Assembly (NCBI GenBank): GCA_001790095.1 | Contig: MGBH01000001.1 | Coordinates: 270,001 to 302,000, forward strand | From: Candidatus Saccharimonadota bacterium | GTDB taxonomy: Bacteria > Patescibacteriota > Microgenomatia > UBA1406 > GWC2-37-13 | DNA length: 32,000 nucleotides | Reading direction: 5' to 3' | Part shown: piece by piece, positions 23,332-32,000 of the stretch | Numbering within the stretch: position 1 is the first letter of the stretch | How the letters are laid out: every line of letters starts with the position of its first letter | Translations under genes and position numbers: made by a program | The notes under the pieces: generated by a model | What the model was told of the DNA's origin: nothing | The model's database searches: none | Seen by the model: only the letters and a program-made list of their open reading frames with translations

Positions 23332-24150
23332 TTAATCTTCGGGTGTTTCTGTTGCCGTTGCCCTGGGCACAGTTGGTGTAGGAGTGGGTAACACTTGACT
23401 TGAGCAATGGGCTGAGTCTGTTATACTACCACCTGCGATAATATTACCATCTGCGTCAGTTTTGCACCGGGCACCTGTATTCTTTAGACGTAATCCATCC
23501 TCTTCTGCGTTTTTTTCTACAATACATAAATAGAGAGCTCCATCCGCATCAGATCTATTGTAATAATAAGCAAAAGGAGTTGAAAACTCAGTGACAGTAT
23601 ATCCTCCATACATACATACGGGTAGCTTTATAGGACAATGATTGGTATCGTAGATCGATCCATTGGCAATTATTCGTCCTTCATTATCAGTCTTACATCG
23701 ATACCCAGTATTAGTTCGAGTTACTCCATAGTCTGTAGTCTTTTTTTCCGCGATACATTTGTACACAATTTGGTCAAGTTTCCAGTTATACCAAACGTAG
23801 GGTTCAGTCGAGTTTGTGATAGTACGCTCATTCCAGTTGCAATTAAATTGAGGAGTGGATGTGGGAAGGAGACTAGATGGTGGTGTCGGTGATGATAAAC
23901 ACCGAAATTGAAACTGAGTTGAACCGTCATTTTGACATCTAACACAGTTTTCATAACTACCACATACATTTTTACATTCATTAATGTTTCGGTAAACACA
24001 GGATAATGAATTGGCGGCCTTTGATTTTAGCGAGTTATTGCTTAAATAGAAAAATGCAAGAAGACCTGAGAAAAAAACAACGAAGAAAAAAACGAAAAAT
24101 CTCAGTATATATTTAGAAAAACAGTACTTTGTGCTTTGAGAATCACTCAT
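23332..24150 (-). CDS. Secreted or anchored Cys-rich protein with two internal repeats of about 57 aa
   Basis: N-terminal TM (ILRFFVFFFVVFFSGLLAFFYL). Repeats at aa 116-172 and 191-249 share Y..C(I)..EK...G..R.NTG.RCKTD..G.IIA.GSI.D..HC. Pro/Thr-rich linkers. Confidence 0.7.
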   Translation of the reverse strand: MSDSQSTKYCFSKYILRFFVFFFVVFFSGLLAFFYLSNNSLKSKAANSLSCVYRNINECKNVCGSYENCVRCQNDGSTQFQFRCLSSPTPPSSLLPTSTPQFNCNWNERTITNSTEPYVWYNWKLDQIVYKCIAEKKTTDYGVTRTNTGYRCKTDNEGRIIANGSIYDTNHCPIKLPVCMYGGYTVTEFSTPFAYYYNRSDADGALYLCIVEKNAEEDGLRLKNTGARCKTDADGNIIAGGSITDSAHCSSQVLPTPTPTVPRATATETPED

Positions 24151-24190
24151 AAGTTTAGGAAATTTATAGTATTAGTTTATATTAATTTAT

Positions 24191-24577
24191 TCATTTTTTT
24201 TTGTCAAACAGCCGGTTTTTCAGGTGCAAATACAGGGAAAGGAAAATAAACGTCCATCCAGCAAGCGGGAGAAGGATGGGAAGGGCTTTTAATGTAAAGA
24301 TGTTTACGATTCTTCTTACTTTATTATGTTCTTGAATGGTAATAAGCGCATTAAGCGTTTGTTCTCGCAGACTTGTAACTATATGTTTGTCGTATTCAAA
24401 ACCAAAAAGAAGGATCAAAAAACCAAGCAAGAGAAGAACAGATTTACGTGAAGGCTTATAGATAGAATAACCAACGGAAAACAAAATCCCGCAAGAATAC
24501 AATAAAGCCAACGCATTATGGCTTACGGTAAAATAAATCAAATAAAAGATATTTTGTTTCAGATCAGGTGTTAGCAT
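24191..24577 (-). CDS. Small multi-pass membrane protein (128 aa)
   Basis: Three to four hydrophobic helices. Starts 4 nt after the upstream stop on the same strand. Confidence 0.6.
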   Translation of the reverse strand: MLTPDLKQNIFYLIYFTVSHNALALLYSCGILFSVGYSIYKPSRKSVLLLLGFLILLFGFEYDKHIVTSLREQTLNALITIQEHNKVRRIVNIFTLKALPILLPLAGWTFIFLSLYLHLKNRLFDKKK

Positions 24578-24581
24578 AAGA

Positions 24582-25496
24582 TTAGAACAAAGTCATCTGA
24601 GGTTTTGGTTCAGGTTTAATTTGTGTTTGAATTTGTTTTCGTTCAAATATGCGTTTGATAATTGAGTTCATCTCAAAGCGTACAAGATATTCTTTGAGAT
24701 CTTCATGGAACCAACTAAAATGGGTTTTTTCCAAGTCAAACTCAAGGGGTACATCTTTCACGATGGTTGCCAACTTTTTTGCTACCTGTATATTATCGAG
24801 ATTAGACTGGAGTATTTTTTTTATTTTTTCATTTTCCATTGATTGGATATGAGATAATATACCGTCAAGGCTTTTGTATTCATTAAGAAGCTTTACCGTT
24901 GTTTTGGGACCAATTCCCTTTGCTCCGATATAATTGTCAGATGGATCTCCAGCAATTGCTTTATAATCAGGGATTTGTGAAGGATCAACTCCCATTTTTT
25001 CCTTTACTTCAAGAGGAGTATATACCTTTGTTTTTGCAAAGCCAATCTGAGGAGATATGACAAAAATATTTTGTTCAACAAGCTGTAGAATGTCTTTATC
25101 TCCTGAAAGAATAAAGACTTGTATACCGTTTTTCTTATAGTGGTGGGTAATAGTGCCGATAAGATCATCAGCCTCAAATCCATCTTTTTCCATATGAATG
25201 ATTTTTGCTGCATCAAGGGCTTTCTTTACAAAAGGGATCTGTACTATGAAGTCGTCATCAATTTTAGGACGCTGTGCTTGGTAAGATTCTAAAAGATCAT
25301 TTCGGAACGTTCGTGCCGGCGTATCAAAGCAAACTAAAAGGTGGTTTGGTTGAAAATCAACGATACATTTATGAAGCATAGAAAGAAAACCAAATAAGAT
25401 ATTAGTAGGTACTCCAGTTGAAGTTTTAAAGGGTGGCAGGGCGTGATATGCTCTGTGCATAAGAGCATTCCCGTCGACAAGAAGTAATTTTTCCAT
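24582..25496 (-). CDS. Stand-alone 5'-3' exonuclease / flap endonuclease (Pol I N-terminal-domain homologue)
   Basis: LLLVDGNALMHRAYHA, FDTPARTFR, GFEADDLIGT, LSGDKDILQL and the H3TH GIGPKTTVKLL. 304 aa with no polymerase domain. Confidence 0.92.
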   Translation of the reverse strand: MEKLLLVDGNALMHRAYHALPPFKTSTGVPTNILFGFLSMLHKCIVDFQPNHLLVCFDTPARTFRNDLLESYQAQRPKIDDDFIVQIPFVKKALDAAKIIHMEKDGFEADDLIGTITHHYKKNGIQVFILSGDKDILQLVEQNIFVISPQIGFAKTKVYTPLEVKEKMGVDPSQIPDYKAIAGDPSDNYIGAKGIGPKTTVKLLNEYKSLDGILSHIQSMENEKIKKILQSNLDNIQVAKKLATIVKDVPLEFDLEKTHFSWFHEDLKEYLVRFEMNSIIKRIFERKQIQTQIKPEPKPQMTLF

Positions 25497-25522
25497 ACGT
25501 ACTATTGTACTTTATTGTTTGT

Positions 25523-27418
25523 TCACTGTGGGATAGAAAGAGACGCTATTGCTTCCTTTTTTCCGGCAATTTTTTCAAACTCATCTTGATCTAAACTTTC
25601 TTTGATAAGAAGTTCTTTTGCTACCTTGTCTAAGATGTCTTTCTTTTCTTTCACAGTATTGCTGGCCTTTGTATATGCTGTTTGCAGGATTTTATTCACC
25701 TGTGTGTCAATTTTAGCAAGCATTTCTTGGGAAAGAGTGTTTTGTTCATAATATGATTTGCCCCATTCACTTACGTCCATGGTTGGACCAAAGTTAATTG
25801 GACCAAGATCGCTCATACCATATTCAACCACCATAGCTTTCGCAATTCGTGTAGCTTGATCAAAATCGTTTGAAGCTCCGGTTGTTATCTCTTGAAATAC
25901 TACTTGCTCGGCAGCTCTTCCTCCCATCATGACCGCTATTTCTTCAAGTAGATGAGTCATTGTTTCATGAAGTTTGTCTTTAGCAGGTGGAATCAGAGTG
26001 TAACCAAGAGCCATTCCTCTTGAAACAATAGAAATACGATGTACTGGGTCGGTGTGAGGAAGAAAATGGCTGACTATTGCATGTCCAGCCTCATGATAAG
26101 CTGTTAACTTTTTATCCATTTCAGACTGCATACGTTTTTTTGCTGGTCCAAGCTTCACTTTTGTAGCAGCCTCTTCAATATCGTTCATATTTACTTCGGT
26201 TTTAGCATGTCTGGCTGCAAATATGGCAGCCTCATTTAACATGTTCTCAAGGTCTGCTCCTGAAAAACCAACGGTTCGTTTGGCGACTTTTTCCCAGTCA
26301 ACTTCTCTTGCGAAGGGCTTGCCCTTAGCATGAATTGTGATGATTGCCTTACGTCCATCCACATCAGGATAGTCAACTACGATCCGTCGGTCAAATCTAC
26401 CAGGTCTAAGCAAAGCACTGTCAAGGAGATCTCCTCTATTGGTTGCTGCTATCACAACGACCTGTTCAGTAGGCGCAAATCCATCCATCTCAACAAGTAT
26501 CTGATTAAGCGTTTGTTCTCGTTCATCATGTGACGGCATCGCTCCTACAGAACGCGCACGTCCAATTGCATCTATCTCGTCAATAAAAATGATGGATGGG
26601 GCGCTTTTTTTCGCAGTCAAAAATAAGTCGCGTGTTCGAGCAGCTCCAATACCCACTAACATCTCCATAAATTCTGAACCCGCAATAGAAAAGAATGGTA
26701 CGTTTGCCTCCCCTGCAACTGCTTTCGCAAGAAGTGTCTTACCGCACCCCGATGGGCCGACCAATATAACCCCCTTGGGAGTTCGAGCTCCAAGTTTTTT
26801 ATATTTTTCGGGATTCTTCAAAAAGTCCACAACCTCTTCAAGCTCCTTTTTTGCCTCATCAACACCTGCGACATCTTTGAAAGTGGTTTTGGGAAGATCT
26901 TTGTTAAAACGTTTTGCTCGAGATTGACCAAATGAGAAAACAGAGTCCTGAGCTCCTCGGGCTTGGCGAAAAAGAAATATGAAAAATCCAACCATAAGAA
27001 TGGTTGGAATAATGTTGCTAAGCAAACTTATAAGTCCTGAAGATGCTTGAGTGTCCTTGACGACAATCTGTGTACTGTTTGGGTTGATTCCAGAGTCGCG
27101 GAGAGTTTTTAAGAAACTATCGCTTGCTTCTTTATATGTGACGCCTAAGGTATTATCTTTGTAAAACGCAATAATTTTATTATCCATAATCTCAACTTTT
27201 TTTACCTTTTGTTCTTTAATATCTTGTACAACTGTTGTAATTGATTTTTCAGGAAGAGCTTGTTTTACCTCCTTAGAAATGGATTGATACGCAAAGAAAA
27301 GAAACAGAAGAATAAAAAAAATAAAGAAAAGATTTTTTACGTCAAAATGGAGATTAAATTGAGTAATGTTTTTAAAATCGTTTTTTTTTGTATTTTTTGA
27401 GTTTTTTTTGTTTATCAT
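25523..27418 (-). CDS. ftsH: ATP-dependent zinc metalloprotease FtsH
   Basis: N-terminal TM helices. AAA+ Walker A GPSGCGKT, Walker [33 protein letters not shown], zinc site HEAGHA. Confidence 0.97.
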   Translation of the reverse strand: MINKKNSKNTKKNDFKNITQFNLHFDVKNLFFIFFILLFLFFAYQSISKEVKQALPEKSITTVVQDIKEQKVKKVEIMDNKIIAFYKDNTLGVTYKEASDSFLKTLRDSGINPNSTQIVVKDTQASSGLISLLSNIIPTILMVGFFIFLFRQARGAQDSVFSFGQSRAKRFNKDLPKTTFKDVAGVDEAKKELEEVVDFLKNPEKYKKLGARTPKGVILVGPSGCGKTLLAKAVAGEANVPFFSIAGSEFMEMLVGIGAARTRDLFLTAKKSAPSIIFIDEIDAIGRARSVGAMPSHDEREQTLNQILVEMDGFAPTEQVVVIAATNRGDLLDSALLRPGRFDRRIVVDYPDVDGRKAIITIHAKGKPFAREVDWEKVAKRTVGFSGADLENMLNEAAIFAARHAKTEVNMNDIEEAATKVKLGPAKKRMQSEMDKKLTAYHEAGHAIVSHFLPHTDPVHRISIVSRGMALGYTLIPPAKDKLHETMTHLLEEIAVMMGGRAAEQVVFQEITTGASNDFDQATRIAKAMVVEYGMSDLGPINFGPTMDVSEWGKSYYEQNTLSQEMLAKIDTQVNKILQTAYTKASNTVKEKKDILDKVAKELLIKESLDQDEFEKIAGKKEAIASLSIPQ

Positions 27419-27514
27419 GGGAACATTTTAGCAGATTTTTGGTAAAATTGCTTATTGTATAAAACAAAAAAGAGGTAAGTATAGAATCATCATCAGAAAG
27501 GCCTATACAAGATT

Positions 27515-28570
27515 ATGAAAATACTACATTTAAATAACAAAGCGATTGAGGAAGCGAAAAAGGTACTAAAAAATGGGGAACTTGTGATCTTTCCCTCAGA
27601 TACTGTATATGCAGCTCTTGTGGATGCGACAAGTAGTCAAGCAGTCAACAAACTCATCGCATTTAAGAATCGCCCACCCGGTAAACCAATATCGTTTTTT
27701 GTGTCAAACTTTAAGATGATGAAGGATTATGTAAAGATGGACTCAAAGCAAAATGCTCTCATTCATACAATCCTACCAGGTCCTTTTACCGTTATTTTAA
27801 AAGCGAATAAAAAGGTAGTAAGTGGGCTTGAATCAGAAAAGGGAGCGGTTGGGATAAGAATTCCTCATTATGATCCGGTCCTAAGGCTTGTTGAAAAGAT
27901 GAATAGACCAATCACCGCCACCTCAGCTAATCTCTCAGGTAGGTCGCCGCATTATTCTATCAAAACATTACTACAGGAGTTGCCAAAGATAAAAAAAGAC
28001 ATGATAGATCTGATTGTTGATGCAGGTCATCTACCAAGAAACAAACCCTCAACGGTTATTGACCTTACCTCCTCTTCATTTAAGACACTCCGTCAGGGAG
28101 ATATGAAGATGAAAAATAATGAAACTTTTATTTCAAGAGGGACCCGTGAAACAGAGAAGATAGCGCAATTTATATTTAACAAAACATTGGTGCAGGGTAC
28201 GGATAAACCGCTCATTTATATCCTTGAGGGAGAGATGGGAGTTGGGAAAACAATATTCGTTAAAGGGGTTGGTGCATTATTAGATATTAATAACATTATA
28301 TCGCCGACTTTTGTAGTCTCTTACGAATACACTGTCCATAAAGAAGGTGTTAATAAACTGATCCATTGTGATTTTTTTAACATTGAAGATGAAGAAGAGT
28401 TTGAGTATCTAGGTTTTGAACATAATCTAAAACCAAGAACAATTTTTTTTATTGAATGGGGAGAAAGAGGTGGAAAACTAAAGGCTCTATTACAAAAAAG
28501 AGCAAAGGTAATATATATAAAAATGAAATACAAAAAAGATAACATAAGAGAGATATCTTTAAATTTATAA
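27515..28570 (+). CDS. tsaC-tsaE: Fusion of TsaC/YrdC (threonylcarbamoyl-AMP synthase) and TsaE (t6A ATPase)
   Basis: aa 1-195 YrdC fold (FPSDTVYA, TSANLSG, STVIDL). aa ~203-351 TsaE (LEGEMGVGKT Walker A, SPTFVVSYEY, HCDFFNIEDEEE, FIEWGE). One uninterrupted frame. Confidence 0.9.
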   Translation: MKILHLNNKAIEEAKKVLKNGELVIFPSDTVYAALVDATSSQAVNKLIAFKNRPPGKPISFFVSNFKMMKDYVKMDSKQNALIHTILPGPFTVILKANKKVVSGLESEKGAVGIRIPHYDPVLRLVEKMNRPITATSANLSGRSPHYSIKTLLQELPKIKKDMIDLIVDAGHLPRNKPSTVIDLTSSSFKTLRQGDMKMKNNETFISRGTRETEKIAQFIFNKTLVQGTDKPLIYILEGEMGVGKTIFVKGVGALLDINNIISPTFVVSYEYTVHKEGVNKLIHCDFFNIEDEEEFEYLGFEHNLKPRTIFFIEWGERGGKLKALLQKRAKVIYIKMKYKKDNIREISLNL

Positions 28571-28585
28571 AGTCAAAAAATAAAA

Positions 28586-29629
28586 ATGAAAATACTTGCC
28601 ATTGATACTTCATGCGATGAAACATCCTGTGCTATAACCGATGGAAGAAAAGTAGTTTCAAACGTTATATACTCCCAAATACTAATTCATAGCAAATGGG
28701 GAGGAGTTGTGCCATCTTTAGCAAAGCGTGCCCATGAAGAAAAGATAGATTATGTTGTTAATGAATGTTTGCGCAAGTATCGCGACCCCATAGAGACGAT
28801 TGATTATTTTGCAGTAACACAGGGGCCCGGACTTGCGATAGCTCTTGAGGTAGGAATAAAAAAAATTAAACAACTATCTCTTCAGTATAATAAGCAGTTG
28901 ATTCCAGTAAATCATCTTGAGGGGCATCTATATTCTTCATTTGTTCAAAACAGTAAAGGTAATCCAAAACAAAGCTTTATGTTTCCGTATCTTGGTATCA
29001 TCATATCCGGGGGTCATACGGAGATTGTGAGAATAAAAGATCATGTTTCATATGAGACATTAGGAGAGACGATTGATGACGCTGCGGGTGAGGCTATTGA
29101 TAAAGCAGCTAAGATGTTAGGACTTGGTTATCCGGGTGGACCTGTAGTTGAACGATTGGCTCGTGAGGTAAAAAATAGAGAAATATATCATTTTCCACGG
29201 CCCATGATAAAAAACCAATCATTAAACTTTTCATTTTCCGGGTTAAAGACATCTCTCTACTATTTTTTGAAAGAAATGAATGAAAATAAAAAACTATCGC
29301 AGCTTAAGGATATTGCTTCATCCTATCAGGAAGCAATATTTGACACTTTGATAACTAAGACAGAAAAAGCCATGAAAGAAACAGGAATATCTCGGCTTAT
29401 TGTTGGAGGAGGAGTAATAGCAAATATGCGTTTACGAAGGTTGTTTAGAGGATTGGTAAACACATATGAGGGTGAAGTGTTATTTCCTCCATATTCCTAT
29501 TTGACAGGAGACAATGCAGCGATGATAGGTGTAGCAGCATATTATAAAGCTAAAAAAAATATATTTGTTAAAAATTTAACACAACTAGATCGCATCCCTC
29601 GTTTTCCTTTGCCAAAATACTACTTGTAA
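28586..29629 (+). CDS. tsaD: tRNA N6-adenosine threonylcarbamoyltransferase TsaD
   Basis: ILAIDTSCDETS, VNHLEGH, SGGHT, GEAIDKAAKMLGLGYPGGP, GGGVIAN. Confidence 0.96.
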   Translation: MKILAIDTSCDETSCAITDGRKVVSNVIYSQILIHSKWGGVVPSLAKRAHEEKIDYVVNECLRKYRDPIETIDYFAVTQGPGLAIALEVGIKKIKQLSLQYNKQLIPVNHLEGHLYSSFVQNSKGNPKQSFMFPYLGIIISGGHTEIVRIKDHVSYETLGETIDDAAGEAIDKAAKMLGLGYPGGPVVERLAREVKNREIYHFPRPMIKNQSLNFSFSGLKTSLYYFLKEMNENKKLSQLKDIASSYQEAIFDTLITKTEKAMKETGISRLIVGGGVIANMRLRRLFRGLVNTYEGEVLFPPYSYLTGDNAAMIGVAAYYKAKKNIFVKNLTQLDRIPRFPLPKYYL

Positions 29630-29660
29630 AATAGAAAAGTAACTATTACAATATAAGTAT

Positions 29661-30059
29661 ATGTTAACCCTAAGTAAACAAACAGATTATTCATTTATTA
29701 TCATATCTCAGCTGAAGGGAAAAGATACCTTCATTCCCCTTTCAGATCTAGTACAAAATACAGACCTGCCTCAACGCTTCCTTGCTCGCATCGCAGCTAC
29801 TCTTGTGAATAAAAAACTTCTTATAAGTCGAGAAGGAAGAGTAGGAGGGTACAAACTAGCATCAAACATCAACACAACTAGTCTTTACGACTTCTTAGCG
29901 ATATTTGAGAAGCGCCTTTCCTTTCTCGATTGTTTGGGTAACAAATCCACTAAGTGTAAATACGAAAAGGTTTGCTTACACCGTCACGGAGTAAAAGTAA
30001 AGCTAAACGATGTAGTGGTGAGTCAACTGAAACGGACAAAACTTATGGATTTATTCTAG
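29661..30059 (+). CDS. Rrf2-family (IscR/SufR-like) transcriptional regulator
   Basis: N-terminal MLTLSKQTDYSFIIISQL wHTH typical of Rrf2. Cys triad C-x7-C-x5-C (CLGNKSTKCKYEKVC) suggests Fe-S sensing. Directly upstream of sufCB. Confidence 0.85.
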   Translation: MLTLSKQTDYSFIIISQLKGKDTFIPLSDLVQNTDLPQRFLARIAATLVNKKLLISREGRVGGYKLASNINTTSLYDFLAIFEKRLSFLDCLGNKSTKCKYEKVCLHRHGVKVKLNDVVVSQLKRTKLMDLF

Positions 30060-30063
30060 ACAT

Positions 30064-30774
30064 ATGCTTGAGGTAACAAATCTTAGTGTTTCTGTGGGAC
30101 GCAAACTTATTTTACAGAACCTTTCATACATATTTGAGCAAAATAAAACGTATGTTTTAATGGGGCCAAATGGATCTGGAAAATCGACCTTTGCCCAAAC
30201 GATCATGGGACACCCTCAATATGAGATAGATACTTATAGTAGAATTTTTTTTAATAAAGAGAATATAACGTCTTACCCCGTAGAGAAAAGAGCAACAAGC
30301 GGAATCTTTCTTTCATTACAGACGCCCCTTAGTCTTGGTGGAATCACTGTTTTTCAATTGCTACGTGTTGTTTTGAAGGGTAAGAAAGACGCACTTTCCT
30401 TGAAAAGAGAAATCATGAAGTTGGCTAAACGGCTTAATATTAGTCAAGAAGTACTGAATAGATCTCTTAATCAAGGAGCTTCAGGAGGAGAAAAGAAAAA
30501 GATGGAAGTACTACAAGCCGGGATATTAAAACCAAAACTTGCGATTTTTGATGAGGTTGATACGGGGGTTGACATAGACGCCTTAAAGACGATATCTTCT
30601 TATTTGCGACATTTTAAGAAAAATAAAACAATAATTTTTATTACTCATAATTCACGGATTCTGGATTATATTCAACCGGACAAAGTTTTGATTCTGAAGA
30701 ACGGTTTGATAATTAAAGACGGTGATGCAGATCTTCTTTCCTTCATTGAAAAAAAGGGATTTGATAAATTATAA
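30064..30774 (+). CDS. sufC: Fe-S cluster assembly ATPase SufC
   Basis: Walker A GPNGSGKST, signature-like ASGGEKKK, Walker B FDEVDTGVDIDAL, H-loop ITHN. Confidence 0.95.
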   Translation: MLEVTNLSVSVGRKLILQNLSYIFEQNKTYVLMGPNGSGKSTFAQTIMGHPQYEIDTYSRIFFNKENITSYPVEKRATSGIFLSLQTPLSLGGITVFQLLRVVLKGKKDALSLKREIMKLAKRLNISQEVLNRSLNQGASGGEKKKMEVLQAGILKPKLAIFDEVDTGVDIDALKTISSYLRHFKKNKTIIFITHNSRILDYIQPDKVLILKNGLIIKDGDADLLSFIEKKGFDKL

Positions 30775-30785
30775 AAAATTGAGAT

Positions 30786-32000
30786 ATGCAAGATAATAAT
30801 CATCAATTTGATTCTGAAGTAAAGTATGGTTTTTCCATGCCAGAGAAACATGTTTATAGAGCAAAAAAAGGATTAAATATAAGCGTTGTAAAGTCAATTT
30901 CAAAACTAAAGCGTGAACCACTTTGGATGCTTGAAAAAAGACAAAAAGCATACCAATATTTTCTTTCAAAGAGTATGCCAAACTGGGGTGCTGATCTATC
31001 TCTACTTGACTTTGATGATATTACTTATTTTATTCGCTCGACCGATAAGCAAGTTTCTTCATGGGAAGATTTGCCTAGTGAGATCAAAATGACTTACGAC
31101 AGAATTGGCGTACCTGACGCAGAGAAGAATTTTTTAAGCGGGGTAAGTGCTCAGTATGAATCGGAAGTAGTCTATGAAAGCATTCAAAAAGAATTGAAAA
31201 AAAAAGGCGTGATATTTTGCGATATGGACACAGGGCTAAAGATGTATCCAGACATAGTAAGGAATTATTTTGGAACACTTATCCCCCACACGGATAATAA
31301 ATTTGCCGCATTGAATACCGCAGTTTGGTCAGGTGGATCCTTTGTGTATGTCCCCAAAGGTGTAAGGGTAGAATTACCACTTCAGGCCTATTTTAGGATG
31401 AATGCAGAACGTTTTGGACAGTTTGAACGTACTCTTATAATCGCTGATGAAGGATCCTATGTACACTATATTGAAGGTTGTACGGCGCCTATTTATACTA
31501 CAAGTTCTCTTCACAGCGCAGTTGTTGAAGTATTTGTAAAGAAGGGTGCCCGTGTTCGATATACAACAGTTCAAAATTGGAGTAAAAACGTGTTTAATCT
31601 CGTGACAAAGCGTGCACAAACAGATGAGAATGCCATTATGGAATGGGTAGACTGCAATTTAGGAAGTCAAGCTACTATGAAATATCCATCAGTTTATTTG
31701 AAGGGCGAACACTCAAAAGGCGAAGTATTATCGATCGCTTTTGCTGGAAAAAATCAGCATCAAGATGCGGGTGCGAAGATGATTCATTTTGCGCCCCATA
31801 CTTCCTCTCGTATAATTTCTAAATCAATCTCAAAAGAAGGGGGAAGGACTTCATACAGAGGTCTTATACAGATTCTTAAGGGTGCACATGATACCCACTC
31901 TTACGTATCTTGTGATGCACTGTTGCTTGATGAAAAATCTCGTTCAGATACATATCCAACGATGCGTACGAAAGAACAAGAAGTAGAGGTACAACATGAA
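30786..32000 (+). CDS. sufB: Fe-S cluster assembly scaffold SufB (3' end beyond window; absent from the ORF track)
   Basis: ATG at 30786. I translated 405 codons to the window edge without a stop. FERTLIIADEGSYVHYIEGCTAP, YTTVQNWS, HTSSRIISKSISKEGGRTSYRGL are SufB hallmarks. Confidence 0.95.
   Translation, partial: MQDNNHQFDSEVKYGFSMPEKHVYRAKKGLNISVVKSISKLKREPLWMLEKRQKAYQYFLSKSMPNWGADLSLLDFDDITYFIRSTDKQVSSWEDLPSEIKMTYDRIGVPDAEKNFLSGVSAQYESEVVYESIQKELKKKGVIFCDMDTGLKMYPDIVRNYFGTLIPHTDNKFAALNTAVWSGGSFVYVPKGVRVELPLQAYFRMNAERFGQFERTLIIADEGSYVHYIEGCTAPIYTTSSLHSAVVEVFVKKGARVRYTTVQNWSKNVFNLVTKRAQTDENAIMEWVDCNLGSQATMKYPSVYLKGEHSKGEVLSIAFAGKNQHQDAGAKMIHFAPHTSSRIISKSISKEGGRTSYRGLIQILKGAHDTHSYVSCDALLLDEKSRSDTYPTMRTKEQEVEVQHE

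Noticed and set aside
23638-23999. ORFs 23638-23892 (+) and 23721-23999 (-, other frame) inside the Cys-rich protein gene
   Set aside because: Overlapping and antisense frames. The 272-aa frame has a signal helix and internal repeat structure, which support it as the real gene.
24649-28545. Short ORFs inside the exonuclease, ftsH and tsaC-tsaE genes (24649-24852, 25004-25216, 26330-26533, 26589-26927, 28321-28545)
   Set aside because: They lie antisense to, or in alternative frames of, genes with unambiguous motifs.
30769-31619. Minus ORFs 30769-30981, 31084-31278 and 31374-31619
   Set aside because: They are antisense to the sufB frame, which is open from 30786 to the window end and carries SufB hallmarks.
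1-32000. Alternative genetic code (UGA read as sense, as in some candidate phyla) and CRISPR arrays
   Set aside because: All conserved genes translate full-length with the standard code, and their ends fall where expected. No array of regularly spaced repeats of 24 nt or longer was seen anywhere in the window.

Overview
AT-rich, gene-dense bacterial window read with the standard genetic code. The small, tightly packed genes and the gene content are compatible with a reduced-genome, Patescibacteria/CPR-like organism, but lineage cannot be proven from this sequence alone. The housekeeping backbone is secA (5'-truncated), a bacterial Elp3, glmS with an upstream ribozyme-like leader, a stand-alone 5'-3' exonuclease, ftsH, a tsaC-tsaE fusion plus tsaD, and Rrf2-sufC-sufB (sufB runs off the 3' edge and is absent from the ORF track). 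Between secA and a small zinc-ribbon gene lies a roughly 12.4 kb integrated element (about 2540-15016). It starts with an HTH_17 gene and a large serine recombinase. It then carries DNA-binding and replication-like genes (DUF5659-like, HTH plus PD-(D/E)XK, wHTH), a PadR-membrane protein pair and an exported protein. No capsid, terminase or tail genes are recognisable. Its most interesting cargo is a seven-gene, almost gap-free minus-strand operon (9366-14922). Only an HTH, an exported HExxH protein, a TPR-like protein and a NERD/PD-(D/E)xK-like motif can be recognised there. No NTPase, methyltransferase or reverse transcriptase motifs were seen. I flag this operon as the candidate undescribed conflict or defence system. 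Other notable signals:
- A GC-enriched, strand-specific multi-hairpin 5' leader with competing helices (15038-15146).
- A divergent Elp3 / asparagine-synthetase-like PP-loop gene pair.
- A PadR promoter with an embedded perfect palindrome and a probable leaderless start.
- Periodic operator-like repeats in front of both HTH_17 paralogues.
- A patatin / membrane-anchored thermonuclease cluster.

All functional calls come from motif reading by eye. No database search was possible.
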